Assembly (NCBI GenBank): GCA_963792585.1
Contig: CAWBWI010000003.1
Span: forward strand, 128,001 to 192,000
Length of the DNA stretch: 64,000 nucleotides
Direction: 5' to 3'
Origin: Candidatus Eiseniibacteriota bacterium
Lineage (GTDB): Bacteria; Eisenbacteria; RBG-16-71-46; CAIMUX01; VGJL01
The notes under the pieces are model-generated. The model was not told the origin of the DNA and searched no databases. It saw only the letters and a list, made by a program, of their open reading frames with translations. Positions 21,629-31,987 of this stretch are shown in pieces; the stretch's first letter is position 1; each line of letters begins with the position of its first letter. The translations under genes and the position numbers were made by a program.

Positions 21629-22022
21629 ATGGTCGTGGAGATAATTGTCATCGGCCGACCAAAATCACCCACGATCTCCTCCGGAGCGGATCCGCCGAGT
21701 CCGCAGTGGGCGTACTTGGCCCGAGCCCATCTCGGGGGCACATCGGCAGGATCCGACCCGGCGGGAATCCAGGTCTACAGCGCCGTCGGTCTGGAGGTCG
21801 CGGCGCGCCGCTGTCTGGAGGGAGCGTTCGGCGCGGAATGCTGCCTGGCCCTCGAATCCCGCGAGGTGGAGCGGACCGATGCTGGCGGCGTGAAGGCGAA
21901 TCTCGGCTCGATCGAATCGCTCCCGTTGACGGCGCTCCTCCAGTGGCGCATTCCCGTCCGTGGGTCGATCCGACCCTACGTGGGCGCGGGAGCAAACCTC
22001 ACCGTGTTCTGGGAGAAGAGCA
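21629..22022 (+). pseudogene. Truncated OmpW-family remnant
   Basis: LGSIESLPLTALLQWR..IRPYVGAGANLTVFWEK; resemblance ends abruptly afterwards. Confidence 0.55.
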
Positions 22023-22133
22023 GGGAACGAAGATCGCCACGCTGCGCATCCATCTGTCGTCGTTCGGTGCGGGGATCGGGTTTCGGTTCTGAGCGGGGGA
22101 TCCTCCCAGCGCGCGTGCTAGTATCCCCTCGGC

Positions 22134-25100
22134 ATGGCTTCCGCGGACCCTCGGCCCGGCCTCTCCGTCTCCACCCGGATTCTGGAGAGGTTCTCCGCCT
22201 GGCCCGCCTTTGCGAAGGTCCTCGTGGATCTTCGGGGTGGGGCGGAGCGCGTTTGCCTCCGGGGCCTGACGGGCTCGGCCCGCTCCGTCGCCGCCGCAGC
22301 GATCGCCCTAGAGCGGGGCGCTCCGATCGTCCTCCTGACTTCCGAATCGAACGCGGCGGAGGAACATAGGGAGGACATCGACTTCCTGCTGGGCCCGCGC
22401 TCCGCGGTGCTCTTGCCCGATCCCGGGAGCGATCACTACGTCGCGCAGGCGCAGCGCAGTCCGCTTCGCTCGCTCCAGACGGAGATCCTCTGCGCGCTGG
22501 CGCTCGGGAGCCACGCGGCCCTGCCGTTTTATCGAGACCTGCGTATCCTGGTGACCACGCCGGGGGCGTGGTTGCGGCGCGTGCCGAGCCCGGAGTGGTT
22601 ACGGGGCAAGATCCGCATGCTGCGCGTGGGCACGACGGTCGATCCCGACGAGATCGTGCGCGGCCTCATCGATGCGGGATACGACATAGTGCCCCTGGTC
22701 GGCGAGTACGGCGACGCGAGCCGGCGCGGTGGGATCCTGGATGTCTACACGCTGGGCCGGGAGCACCCGATTCGCTGCGAGTTCGATGGAGACGAGATCG
22801 TCTCGCTTCGCGAGTTCGACGTATTCTCGCAGCGCTCCCTGGGAACCCTGCAAGAGGTGGCGCTCCTGCCGTCCGGGATCTTCTCGCTCACGGAGACCGA
22901 GCGGGCGCGCGCGGCGGAGAAGATCGAGGCTTCGGGAGTCGATCCCGGCGCTGCGGTCATCGACCTGGTCCGCAACGAACCTTCCTTCGACGGCGCGGAG
23001 TGGCTCGCGGGATTCTCCGAGATCCCCCTGGTTTCGATCACCGCCTACCTGCCCGAGCCGCTCTGGCGGGTGGTAGACGATCCGTTCGCCTTCGAGCGCG
23101 CGACCGAGGCGATCGAGGAACTGGTCTCGAAGTCGCATGCGGCGGCCATCGAGGGCGGCGCCGTCGTATCTCCGCCTGAGGACCTTTATGCAGACCCCGT
23201 AGAAGCGACCGGCGGGGTGCGGATCGATCTGGGCGGTTCGACAGACCTCTCCGCGAGCGAGATTGTGGAGCTGACGACCCGGCCGGCGGAACGGTTCGGC
23301 CGCTCGATCGACCTTACACAGAACTACATATTTCGATTGAGGGGGGCGTGTCCGGAGATCCATATCCTGTGCGACACGGACCCCCACCGAGAGCGTCTGT
23401 CCGAACTCCTCCACCCGGTGCCGGTGGAATTCCACGTCGGAAACCTGGCCGCCGGGTTCGAGATCCACGAGATCGGCCTCGCCGTCCTGACCGATCACGA
23501 GATCTTCGCGCGGACGCGCCGGCGTGCGGCGCCGCGCCGGTTCAGCCGGGGGATCTCTCTGAAAGAGCTCCTCGCGATGGGCCCGGGCGACTATGTCGTC
23601 CACATCGACCACGGGATCGGGATCTACAAGGGCCTCACGAAACTCCTGGTCAATGGCCAAATGACCGACTGCATGACGGTCGAATACGCAGGGGCGGATA
23701 AGCTCTATATCCCCGTGGACCAACTTCACCTCGTGCAGCGATATGCGGCGGAGGAAGGCCACCGCTCGATGCTGAGCCGGATCGGGAGCCCGAGCTGGGC
23801 CCGCAAGAAGGCGGCGATCAAGAAGAAGATCCGGGACATGGCGGAGGAGTTGCTCAAGTCGTATGCAATCCGTCGCTCCCGCCCGGGGCACGCCTTCTCA
23901 CAGGACACGGACGCGCAATCGGCGCTCGAGCTGTCGTTCCCCTACGACGAGACCTCCGACCAGTTGACCGCGATCGCGGACGTGAAACGGGACATGGAAG
24001 AACCCTCCCCCATGGACCGCCTGATTTGCGGAGACGTCGGATACGGGAAGACCGAGGTCGCCATCCGCGCCGCCTTCAAAGCGGCCATGGACTCGAAGCA
24101 GGTGGCGATCCTGGTCCCGACGACCCTGCTCGCGCAGCAGCACTTCGAGACGTTCGCCGAACGTCTCACCGACTTTCCCGTCCGCGTGGAGCTTCTCTCC
24201 CGCTTCCGAACGCCGGCTGAATCCCGCGAGGTCTTGAAGGATCTCAAGAACGGCAAGATCGACGTGGTGGTGGGCACCCACAAACTCCTCGGCAAGGAGG
24301 TCGGATTCCGGGACATCGGGCTGATCGTGATCGACGAGGAGCATCGCTTCGGCGTCGCCCACAAGGAGCGATTGAAGCGGATCAAGGAAACGGTCGACGT
24401 CCTCACCCTGACCGCGACCCCGATTCCGCGCACGTTGCATTTCGCCCTCTCCGGCGGCAGGGATATGTCGACGATCCTCACCCCGCCGCGCGACCGCAGG
24501 CCCGTGCAGACCGAAATCGTCGAGTTCCGCGACGACATGATCGCGCACGCGTTGATGCGCGAGGCGGATCGCGGAGGGCAGTCGTTCTTCGTCCACAACC
24601 GGATCGAGTCGATCGATGCGATGTCGGTCTATCTGAGCCGTTTGGTGCCGCACCTGCGGATCGCCGTCGCGCACGGCCGGATGGTCGAGCGCCAGCTCGA
24701 CAAGATCATGCACTCATTCCTCCACAAGGAGTACGACATCCTCCTCTCCACGACGATCATCGAGTCGGGACTCGACTTCCCGAACGTCAATACGATCCTC
24801 GTCAACCGCGGCGACACGTTCGGCCTGGCGCAGCTCTACCAGCTCCGCGGACGGGTCGGTCGTTCCTCGCGCAAGGCCTACTGCTATCTCCTCGTCCCGC
24901 CCTATCGGACGATCACCGAGACGGCGCAGAAGCGGCTGAAGGCGATCGAGGAGTTCGGCGACCTCGGTTCCGGCTTCCAGCTCGCGATGCGCGACCTCGA
25001 AATCCGCGGGGCGGGAAACCTGCTCGGCGGAGAACAGCACGGCTTCATTCTGGAGGTTGGATTCGACCTCTACAGCCGGCTGCTCGACGAAACCGTCCGT

Positions 25101-25589
25101 GAGTTGAAGGGCATGACGAGCGAGGTGAAGGTCGATGCGCGCGTCGTGACCGACGTGGAGGCGCACTTCCCCGACAGCTACATCCCCGACCACCGCGAGA
25201 AGATGAACCTCTACAAATCGATCGCGGACACGCGGGATCTGGAGACGATTGCCGGCATCGAGGAGGAGATCCGCGACCGCTTCGGGATGTTGCCCGATCC
25301 GGGCCGCCACCTGCTCGATCTCCGGCGGGTGCGCCTGATGGCCGGGGAAGCGGACGTCGAAACGGCGACGGTTCGCCGAGATCTCGTCATGTTCGAATTC
25401 CGACGCCCGCTCACGCGCGGCGACATCAAGCGATTGGCGGAATCACCCGTGGCCGTCGAGTTCCACACGCCGGCCCACGGGCGCCACCGGGTCCATTGTC
25501 GCAAACTCGACGCCGCGGGCCCGGTCGCGTCAGCCCTCATGATCCTGCGCAGCCTCTGCGCAAAGGAGATTCCCTTCGAGGGTAGGTAG
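22134..25589 (+). CDS. mfd: Transcription-repair coupling factor
   Basis: GDYVVHIDHGIG, CGDVGYGKTEVA, DEEHRFG, QLRGRVGRS, RDLEIRGAGNLLG. Confidence 0.97.
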   Translation: MASADPRPGLSVSTRILERFSAWPAFAKVLVDLRGGAERVCLRGLTGSARSVAAAAIALERGAPIVLLTSESNAAEEHREDIDFLLGPRSAVLLPDPGSDHYVAQAQRSPLRSLQTEILCALALGSHAALPFYRDLRILVTTPGAWLRRVPSPEWLRGKIRMLRVGTTVDPDEIVRGLIDAGYDIVPLVGEYGDASRRGGILDVYTLGREHPIRCEFDGDEIVSLREFDVFSQRSLGTLQEVALLPSGIFSLTETERARAAEKIEASGVDPGAAVIDLVRNEPSFDGAEWLAGFSEIPLVSITAYLPEPLWRVVDDPFAFERATEAIEELVSKSHAAAIEGGAVVSPPEDLYADPVEATGGVRIDLGGSTDLSASEIVELTTRPAERFGRSIDLTQNYIFRLRGACPEIHILCDTDPHRERLSELLHPVPVEFHVGNLAAGFEIHEIGLAVLTDHEIFARTRRRAAPRRFSRGISLKELLAMGPGDYVVHIDHGIGIYKGLTKLLVNGQMTDCMTVEYAGADKLYIPVDQLHLVQRYAAEEGHRSMLSRIGSPSWARKKAAIKKKIRDMAEELLKSYAIRRSRPGHAFSQDTDAQSALELSFPYDETSDQLTAIADVKRDMEEPSPMDRLICGDVGYGKTEVAIRAAFKAAMDSKQVAILVPTTLLAQQHFETFAERLTDFPVRVELLSRFRTPAESREVLKDLKNGKIDVVVGTHKLLGKEVGFRDIGLIVIDEEHRFGVAHKERLKRIKETVDVLTLTATPIPRTLHFALSGGRDMSTILTPPRDRRPVQTEIVEFRDDMIAHALMREADRGGQSFFVHNRIESIDAMSVYLSRLVPHLRIAVAHGRMVERQLDKIMHSFLHKEYDILLSTTIIESGLDFPNVNTILVNRGDTFGLAQLYQLRGRVGRSSRKAYCYLLVPPYRTITETAQKRLKAIEEFGDLGSGFQLAMRDLEIRGAGNLLGGEQHGFILEVGFDLYSRLLDETVRELKGMTSEVKVDARVVTDVEAHFPDSYIPDHREKMNLYKSIADTRDLETIAGIEEEIRDRFGMLPDPGRHLLDLRRVRLMAGEADVETATVRRDLVMFEFRRPLTRGDIKRLAESPVAVEFHTPAHGRHRVHCRKLDAAGPVASALMILRSLCAKEIPFEGR

Positions 25590-25751
25590 GATTCCGCGGC
25601 AGATATAGCCGTCGGGCGACCAGTCGGGATGGTGTTTGCGGATGGTCTCCACCACCGCCTCGCGGACGAAATGGCCCGGATATGCGTCGTGGTGTTGCAA
25701 CGTCTTTTCGCAAATCTGGCAAACGACCGTGCCCTTCGGGTGCTCACCCAT
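25590..25751 (-). pseudogene. Truncated DUF1003-like N-terminal fragment
   Basis: CQIC...IRKHHPDWSPDGYIC, then runs into the mfd 3' end with no membrane domain. Confidence 0.5.
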
Positions 25752-25753
25752 GG

Positions 25754-26356
25754 TCAGTCCCCGTATCTCCCCCGCAGCATCGGCGAGAGTCTCAGCATCA
25801 GGAGCATCCGCTCGAAGACGGCGATCCAGTCTCCCATCTCCGCAGCCAGTTCGTCGGCAGGGGGAGCAAAGATCCCGGCGCTGCAGGCCGCTCCGACCTC
25901 CCGGCGCGCCTTGGCGCGATAGACCGTGAGCATCCGATCGCCGAAGCGGCCGATCTCGAAGAAGTCCTCGGAAAGGAACACGGCCACGGGAACCCTCATG
26001 GCGCCCAGGATGCGCAACTCGTCCCGCAGCTCCGGAGAGGCGTCACGGTCGATGAACCGCAGGACGACGCCCGGCCCGCACGCCTCGGCGATGCGCCGGA
26101 TCATCGGACCTTGCCGCACGCAGTCGCCGCACCAGACGCCGGAGTAGAACAGGACGTTCATCCTCCGGTTGTGCCCCCGCACGCGCTGCGACTGCTCGGC
26201 CGTCAGTGGCGGGAGCTTGCTTTCCATCGCGGGCCAGCGCTCCGCCTTGGCCGGGTCGCCGGAAGCCAGGTACTCTTCATACCCCTTCGCCGCGTCGAAC
26301 TGCGCCCGCCAGAAATCCGCTCTAAGGTCGTAGTACTTCGGTCTCTCGTCGGACAT
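25754..26356 (-). CDS. Thioredoxin-family protein
   Basis: WCGDC motif, RVPVAVF cis-Pro region. Confidence 0.88.
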   Translation of the reverse strand: MSDERPKYYDLRADFWRAQFDAAKGYEEYLASGDPAKAERWPAMESKLPPLTAEQSQRVRGHNRRMNVLFYSGVWCGDCVRQGPMIRRIAEACGPGVVLRFIDRDASPELRDELRILGAMRVPVAVFLSEDFFEIGRFGDRMLTVYRAKARREVGAACSAGIFAPPADELAAEMGDWIAVFERMLLMLRLSPMLRGRYGD

Positions 26357-26492
26357 CTCGCCCTCCCGGTTGGCCCCAAGATACCCGCCGGACCCACCCC
26401 CGCGAAAGGTGTGCTAGCATCGCCCCCGAATAGGGGGGGCTGCGATCCGGAACCTCCTGGTCCCGCGCGGAAGGAGATTCCCCAGGCGGGTC

Positions 26493-27269
26493 ATGAAGAA
26501 ACCTACGAAGAAGGCCGTGGCGAGGCAGTTCGGCGCGCGTGCGGGCGAATACGCGGCCAGCCGTTCTCACGCAGCCGGCGCCGACCTCGAGATCGTTCTA
26601 CGAATGCTCGAACCCGCGGCCGGCGATCGCGTTCTCGACGTTGCGACCGGCCCGGGGCATACGGCCGTGGCGATCGCGCCGAAGGTCCACGAGGTGATCG
26701 CGATCGACCTCGCGCCGGAGATGATCGAGCGCGCACGAGGGCTCTTCGGCTCCCGCGGGCTGAAGAACGTCCGCGCCGTCGTGATGGACGCCGAGGCGCT
26801 CGACTTTCCCGACGAGGTCTTCGACGCGGTTACCTGCAGGATCGCCCCGCACCATTTCGTGGACGTCGACCTCGCGCTCCGAGAAATCGCGCGCGTCTTG
26901 AAGCCCGGTGGACGCTTCATCCTCGAAGACAGCTGCGCGCCCATCGATCCGGACGCCGATCATTTTCTGAACGAACTCGAGATGCTTCGCGATCCGACGC
27001 ATGTTCGCTCCTACACGCAACTCGAGTGGAGGGCAATGCTCCTGGAGGCGGGGCTCCGCCTCCTCCACGCAGAGATCTACCGGAAGGAGCATCCGATCGA
27101 CGAATGGCTCGAGCGGGCCGGAACGCCTCCCGAAGTGCGCGGAGCGATCCGCAGGAGGATGCTCGAGGCGCCACCGCCCATCCGAGAGGCCTTCGCCATC
27201 ACAGTCGAGGACGGCCGTCCCGTTCGATTCACCGATGAGAAGTTGATCCTCCGGGCGGATCGCCCCTGA
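26493..27269 (+). CDS. Class I SAM-dependent methyltransferase
   Basis: VLDVATGPGHT, FDAVTCRIAPHHF, RVLKPGG. Confidence 0.92.
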   Translation: MKKPTKKAVARQFGARAGEYAASRSHAAGADLEIVLRMLEPAAGDRVLDVATGPGHTAVAIAPKVHEVIAIDLAPEMIERARGLFGSRGLKNVRAVVMDAEALDFPDEVFDAVTCRIAPHHFVDVDLALREIARVLKPGGRFILEDSCAPIDPDADHFLNELEMLRDPTHVRSYTQLEWRAMLLEAGLRLLHAEIYRKEHPIDEWLERAGTPPEVRGAIRRRMLEAPPPIREAFAITVEDGRPVRFTDEKLILRADRP

Positions 27270-27300
27270 TCCTCCGGAGAGCGGAAACGCAGGAGGCCCT

Positions 27301-27768
27301 GTGCAGACCGAATCGCTCGCCGCCCTCTATGGGCTCGACCACCAGGTTTTGAAGCTCAACCTCGACGGCATCACGCACGCGGACAGCCTCGTGCAACCCA
27401 AGCCGTTCGGCAATTGTATCAACTGGATCATGGGTCACCTGGTTGTCCAGAGGAGCACGATTCTCACGATGGTGGGAGAGAAGCCGATCTGGGGCGATGC
27501 GGAGATCTCATTGTACAAACGGGGCGCGCCGCCGATCATCGATGGCGCCAAGGCGCTGCCCTTCGATCGGATCATGGCCGATCTCGATCGATCTCAAGAG
27601 ATCTTGATCCCCGCGCTGGCCAGAATGACGCCCGAACAACTCGCGCAGGGCGACGCCAACGGAACGCTCGGTGACAAGCTGGGCTTTCTGCAATTCCACG
27701 AGGCCTACCACGCGGGGCAGATCGGCCTTCTGAGGCGGCTCGTCGGGAAGGAAGGGAGAATTCAGTAA
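27301..27768 (+). CDS. DinB-family protein
   Basis: NCINWIMGHL and HEAYHAGQI metal-binding His motifs. Confidence 0.9.
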   Translation: MQTESLAALYGLDHQVLKLNLDGITHADSLVQPKPFGNCINWIMGHLVVQRSTILTMVGEKPIWGDAEISLYKRGAPPIIDGAKALPFDRIMADLDRSQEILIPALARMTPEQLAQGDANGTLGDKLGFLQFHEAYHAGQIGLLRRLVGKEGRIQ

Positions 27769-27870
27769 GGGCAGGGTCGATTCGGTAGAGGAACACAGGA
27801 TCCGCTACCGGAGCGGAACCGCGGAAGCGGAGCCGTGTCCCCGACGGGGCGCGACGATCCCGCCGATACG

Positions 27871-28990
27871 CTACGACCCCGCGGGCGGCCGGGCGAGAAC
27901 CGCCCGCCACGAGTCGAGGGCCGGTCTCGCAACGCCGTCTCCATCATAGAGCCCGGTGTCGCGCCAGAGTCTCAGCAGCGGCGCATCGGGCGCGAATTGC
28001 ATGTCGCTCTGCCAGAATGAGTCGTAGTCCCTCGTGAAGAACCAGCAGACGAACCGGGCATCCAGGGCCTCGCATTCGGCTAGAAGCCGCTCGACATAGA
28101 GCCGCTGCATCGCCGGGCTGGCTGGGATCGTGAGCGGGTAGGGCGCGTCCACCGTCTCTGCGGGCCACGCGGTCTCGGCCACGGCGAACGGCTTCCCGGG
28201 TGCGATTGCGGCCATCCCGCTGAAGTAGTCCTCCCGCAAGAGGAGCGGATCGGGTCCCAGCCATGAGTAGGGATAACCGCTCATGGCAACATAGTCCGTA
28301 TAGGGCAGGATCTCCGCGAGGGCCGCCTGGTAATGACCGGGATGGTCGAGGTAGGCATCGGCCTGCAACGTCAGCAAGACCGGCAAGTCGGGATGGTCCT
28401 CCTTGATCGACGCGTAGACGGCGGCGGCGAGATCGACGAAGCCGCCCCATCTGCCGGGCGCGTTCAAGTAGAGCAGGTTCGCCTCGATCGCATAGGCGAA
28501 GTAGTCCGGCTGGAACATCGCCACCATCGTCGAGCAGTGGGCGGCGAAGGCCGCAATCACCCGCGGAGAGCCGAAGGAGAGTGTGTCCCAGGGCGCGGTC
28601 AACGGCTCGCTTCCCTGGTCGCCCCGATGGGGAGCGAGGCGATCGCGCTCAAACGCGATGGGCGTGACGGCAAGGTAGAGCCGGTGGTTCGGCGGCGTCT
28701 GGTCGGCTTTGAAACGAAGGGCGTCCCGGAACCCTTGGGGGTAGAGCGCGCCGTCGAACGCCTCCTGCCACGGCACGCCGTCATCGAAGTGGAGGACGAC
28801 CAGGTCCGCATCGCGACGGATGACGCTCCAGGTTTCCAGGACGGCCGTGAGGTTGTTGCCGCTCGGAAAGTCGGTGAAGCCCATCGCGAACGCTCGCCCA
28901 TCGCCGTCTCCGGGGCCGGTCGATCCGCCGCCCCCGCACGAGACCAGGCAGAGGATCGCGAGCGCCGGGGCGAGAAGCGCCCGGACGCCC
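27871..28990 (-). CDS. Lipoprotein, putative glycoside hydrolase (TIM-barrel, GH-A-like); start uncertain
   Basis: Lipobox LVSC; AIEAN and AVAETAW candidate catalytic Glu; WRDTGLYD. Confidence 0.65.
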
Positions 28991-29009
28991 GCACACCCCG
29001 CGCGGCCGC

Positions 29010-29549
29010 TTATTTCAATACCCAGATCTCGACCTTCCGCTCGAGACCCATCTTGATCTTCTCGAAGTCCTTCGCGCTCGAATAGCGCGAACCGAAGCTC
29101 GCGACCTGCACGCGATCCGCCTGGATCCCGAGGCTCGCCAGCAAGTTGCGCGCAGCTTCCGCCCTCTGCGTACCGAGTTTCTCGGCGTTCGCGTTCTCCT
29201 TGATGCCATCCGCGAATCCGACTGCGAGCAGTCGCGCCTCCGGCTTGTCGGCAAGTTGCTTCACCGCCTCGCGGCATGCCCCGACAGCTTCGGGCTTCAT
29301 GTCGGTCCCCTCCTCGGAAAACCCGAAGGAGGTCAGGCGGTAGTCCGGATTCCCCTCGAAGGCGGGCGTCGGCGCGGCGTCGTAGTCCCACGGGCCTACC
29401 GCGCTGCCCGCCATTTCCTGCACCACCTCGCTCGAGGCGGACGTGACCTCCGAGGTGCCGCCCGTGGTTGTCTTCTTCGATCCACACCCGTAAATGACCA
29501 AGCAGCCTGTCAGCAGGATTCCGACGATACCCAAAGCACTGCGATTCAT
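29010..29549 (-). CDS. OmpA C-like domain lipoprotein
   Basis: Lipobox IYGC; GFAD, LGTQRAEAAR, RKVEI. Confidence 0.85.
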   Translation of the reverse strand: MNRSALGIVGILLTGCLVIYGCGSKKTTTGGTSEVTSASSEVVQEMAGSAVGPWDYDAAPTPAFEGNPDYRLTSFGFSEEGTDMKPEAVGACREAVKQLADKPEARLLAVGFADGIKENANAEKLGTQRAEAARNLLASLGIQADRVQVASFGSRYSSAKDFEKIKMGLERKVEIWVLK

Positions 29550-29581
29550 GAACGTATCCCCCTCTTTGTTCGCACCCATCG

Positions 29582-29980
29582 TCACGGCCGCCGCGCCACG
29601 TCCAACAGCTCGATCTCATCGGCCTTCAGGATCAATTCGATGCGCGACATCCCCGAGATGCGGATACGACTGCCGATCTCGAGTTCGGCCGGCCTCAACT
29701 CCGACCGATCGGGCCCGAAGATCCGCACATCCTCGGCGTAGGAGACCATCCACGTCGCGTGCTCTCGCACATCCTTCACGGTCAGCGCGCGTGCCTCGGG
29801 CCGGGCGTCCACGATGATCGCCTCGATCATCGTCGGGACGGGCGCCATGTCCATCATCCCGCCCGAACCCGGAGCCGTTCGGGGGGTCGTGGCCGCACAC
29901 CCGCATACGAGAAGGATCGCGAGCCCCATCGCCAAGGCCGCTCTCCGGGATGTCCGTATCGTCGCCATCGGGACGATCAT
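29582..29980 (-). CDS. Hypothetical lipoprotein (OB-fold-like)
   Basis: Lipobox VCGC; stop lies 32 nt upstream of the OmpA gene start. Confidence 0.6.
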   Translation of the reverse strand: MIVPMATIRTSRRAALAMGLAILLVCGCAATTPRTAPGSGGMMDMAPVPTMIEAIIVDARPEARALTVKDVREHATWMVSYAEDVRIFGPDRSELRPAELEIGSRIRISGMSRIELILKADEIELLDVARRP

Positions 29981-30178
29981 AGACCCGCCGCGGCCGGCCG
30001 TGCGAGACCTCACCCGCCTCGCCGGGCCTCTCGCCTCCCGAGACCGCTCCCGCGGCCCGGCGGTCCACGGCCCCCGCAGGGTCCGCCACCCTCATGGGGC
30101 GCCCGCCGGCCTTGACCACGCCCGTCGGGGAACCGTAGCCTCAGGGCCTGCAACTCGGGTGGGGAAAGGAGGGAGCGG

Positions 30179-31868
30179 ATGGCGGCCTTGGTGGAGTGCG
30201 TCCCGAATTTTCAGTGAGGGAAGGGACCGGTCGGTCCTCGACGCGATCGCCCGCGAGATCGAGGGGGTCGACGGCGCGCGCTTGCTCGATGTCGATCCTG
30301 GCGCCGACACGAACAGGACCGTCGTCACCTTCGTCGGCACCCCCGACGCCGTGGCCGAGGCGGCATTCCGCGCGATCCGCTGCGCATCCGAACGGATCGA
30401 CATGGGAAAGCACAAGGGAGCCCATCCACGCATGGGCGCGACCGACGTCTGCCCCTTCATCCCCATCAGCGGTATCACGATGGAGGAGTGCGCCGAAATC
30501 GCGCGGCGCGTGGGCGAGCGGGTCGGACGCGAGTTATCGATCCCCGTCTACCTTTACGAGCACGCGGCCTCCCGTCCGGAATGGCAGAGCCTCGCGAACA
30601 TCCGCGTGGGCGAGTACGAGGGCCTGGAGGCGAAGCTCGAAGATCCCGCCTGGAAGCCCGACTTCGGTCCTGCGAAGTTCAACGCCCGAGCCGGTGCCAC
30701 CGTGATCGGGGCCCGGGAGTTCCTGATCGCGTACAACGTGAACCTGAACACACGCGACAAGAAGCTCGCGAGCGAGATCGCCTTGAACATTCGCGAGACC
30801 GGAAGGCTCGCCAAGCATGCCGACGGTCAGCCGGTCCTCGACACCGCCGGGAACCCGGTGCGCAAGGCGGGGCTGTTGAAGGCGATTCGCGCGGTCGGCT
30901 GGACAATCGAGGAGTACGGCTGCGCCCAGGTTTCGATCAACCTCCTCAACTATGGCGTGACGCCCGTCCATGCGGCATTCGAGGCGTGCGTCGAGGAGGG
31001 GGCCAAGCTCGGCCTCCGCGTCACCGGTAGCGAGTTGGTCGGTTTGATCCCGCTCGAGGCGGTCTTGATGTCGGGTCGCTACTACCTCTCCCGTCAGGGC
31101 AAGTCGACCGGAGTACCGGAGTCGGAGCTGGTCCACGTCGCCGTGCAGTCGCTCGGGCTCTCGAGCATCACCCCATTCGATCCCGCGAAGAAGATCATCG
31201 AGTATCGGGTTCGCGAGGGGCGTGCGCTCCTCGTCGACCGCACCATCCGCGGTTTTGTCGATGAGCTGTCGACCGACTCCCCCGCGCCCGGCGGCGGAAG
31301 CGTCGCCGCGCTGTGCGGCTCCCTCGGGGCCGCGCTCGGCGCGATGGTCGCGAACCTCACGATCGGCAAGAAGGGATTCGAGCCGGCGCGCGTGGAGATG
31401 CTCAAGATCGCCGAGAAGGGGCAGACGTTAAAGGATGCCTTCCTCGACGATATCGATCGCGATACCGACGCCTTCAACGCCGTGCTCGCTGCGCGGCGCA
31501 TGCCGAAGAAGAGCCCCGAGGAGATCGCCGCGCGCGATGCGGCCATCGAGACGACGCAAAAGGGTGCGGTTCTCGTCCCGATGGGCGTCCTCGAGCGAAC
31601 CGGCGCCGTTCTCGACCTCGCCGAGGCTGTCGCCGCCCGGGGCAATCCAAACTCCGCGAGCGACGCAGCCGTCGCCGCCCTTGCTGCCGGCGCATGCGCC
31701 GAGGGGGCCTACGACAACGTCATGATCAATCTTCCCGGCATCGCGAATCACGACTGGGCCGCCCAGACCGCCGACAAGGCGAAGCTCGCGCTCACCTGGT
31801 GCCGCGAGCGGAGCATGAAGATCGCGGGCGAAGTCCGGGCACGACTGGAGGCTCAAGCGGGGATCTGA
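30179..31868 (+). CDS. ftcd: Glutamate formiminotransferase/cyclodeaminase (extra T near 30210)
   Basis: GGAGGG then ATG 30179 MAALVECVPNF/SEGRD; HPRMGATDVCPF; APGGGSVAA. Confidence 0.92.
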
Positions 31869-31987
31869 CCATCGGTGGCCGGCAATCCTGAGTCCCCCCC
31901 TGCCCGAAACCCTCTAATTATGCTATACTTGCAACGTTTCGGACGACCCGGCCGGAATTCCGGCACCAACATGCCTGGAGGGCGGAC

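Noticed and set aside
29814..30178. Long N-terminal extensions in the ORF track (ftcd; also 27871-29619, 34888-37452, 59281)
   Set aside because: Artifacts of upstream open frames or frameshifts; RBS and family motifs indicate other starts or ends
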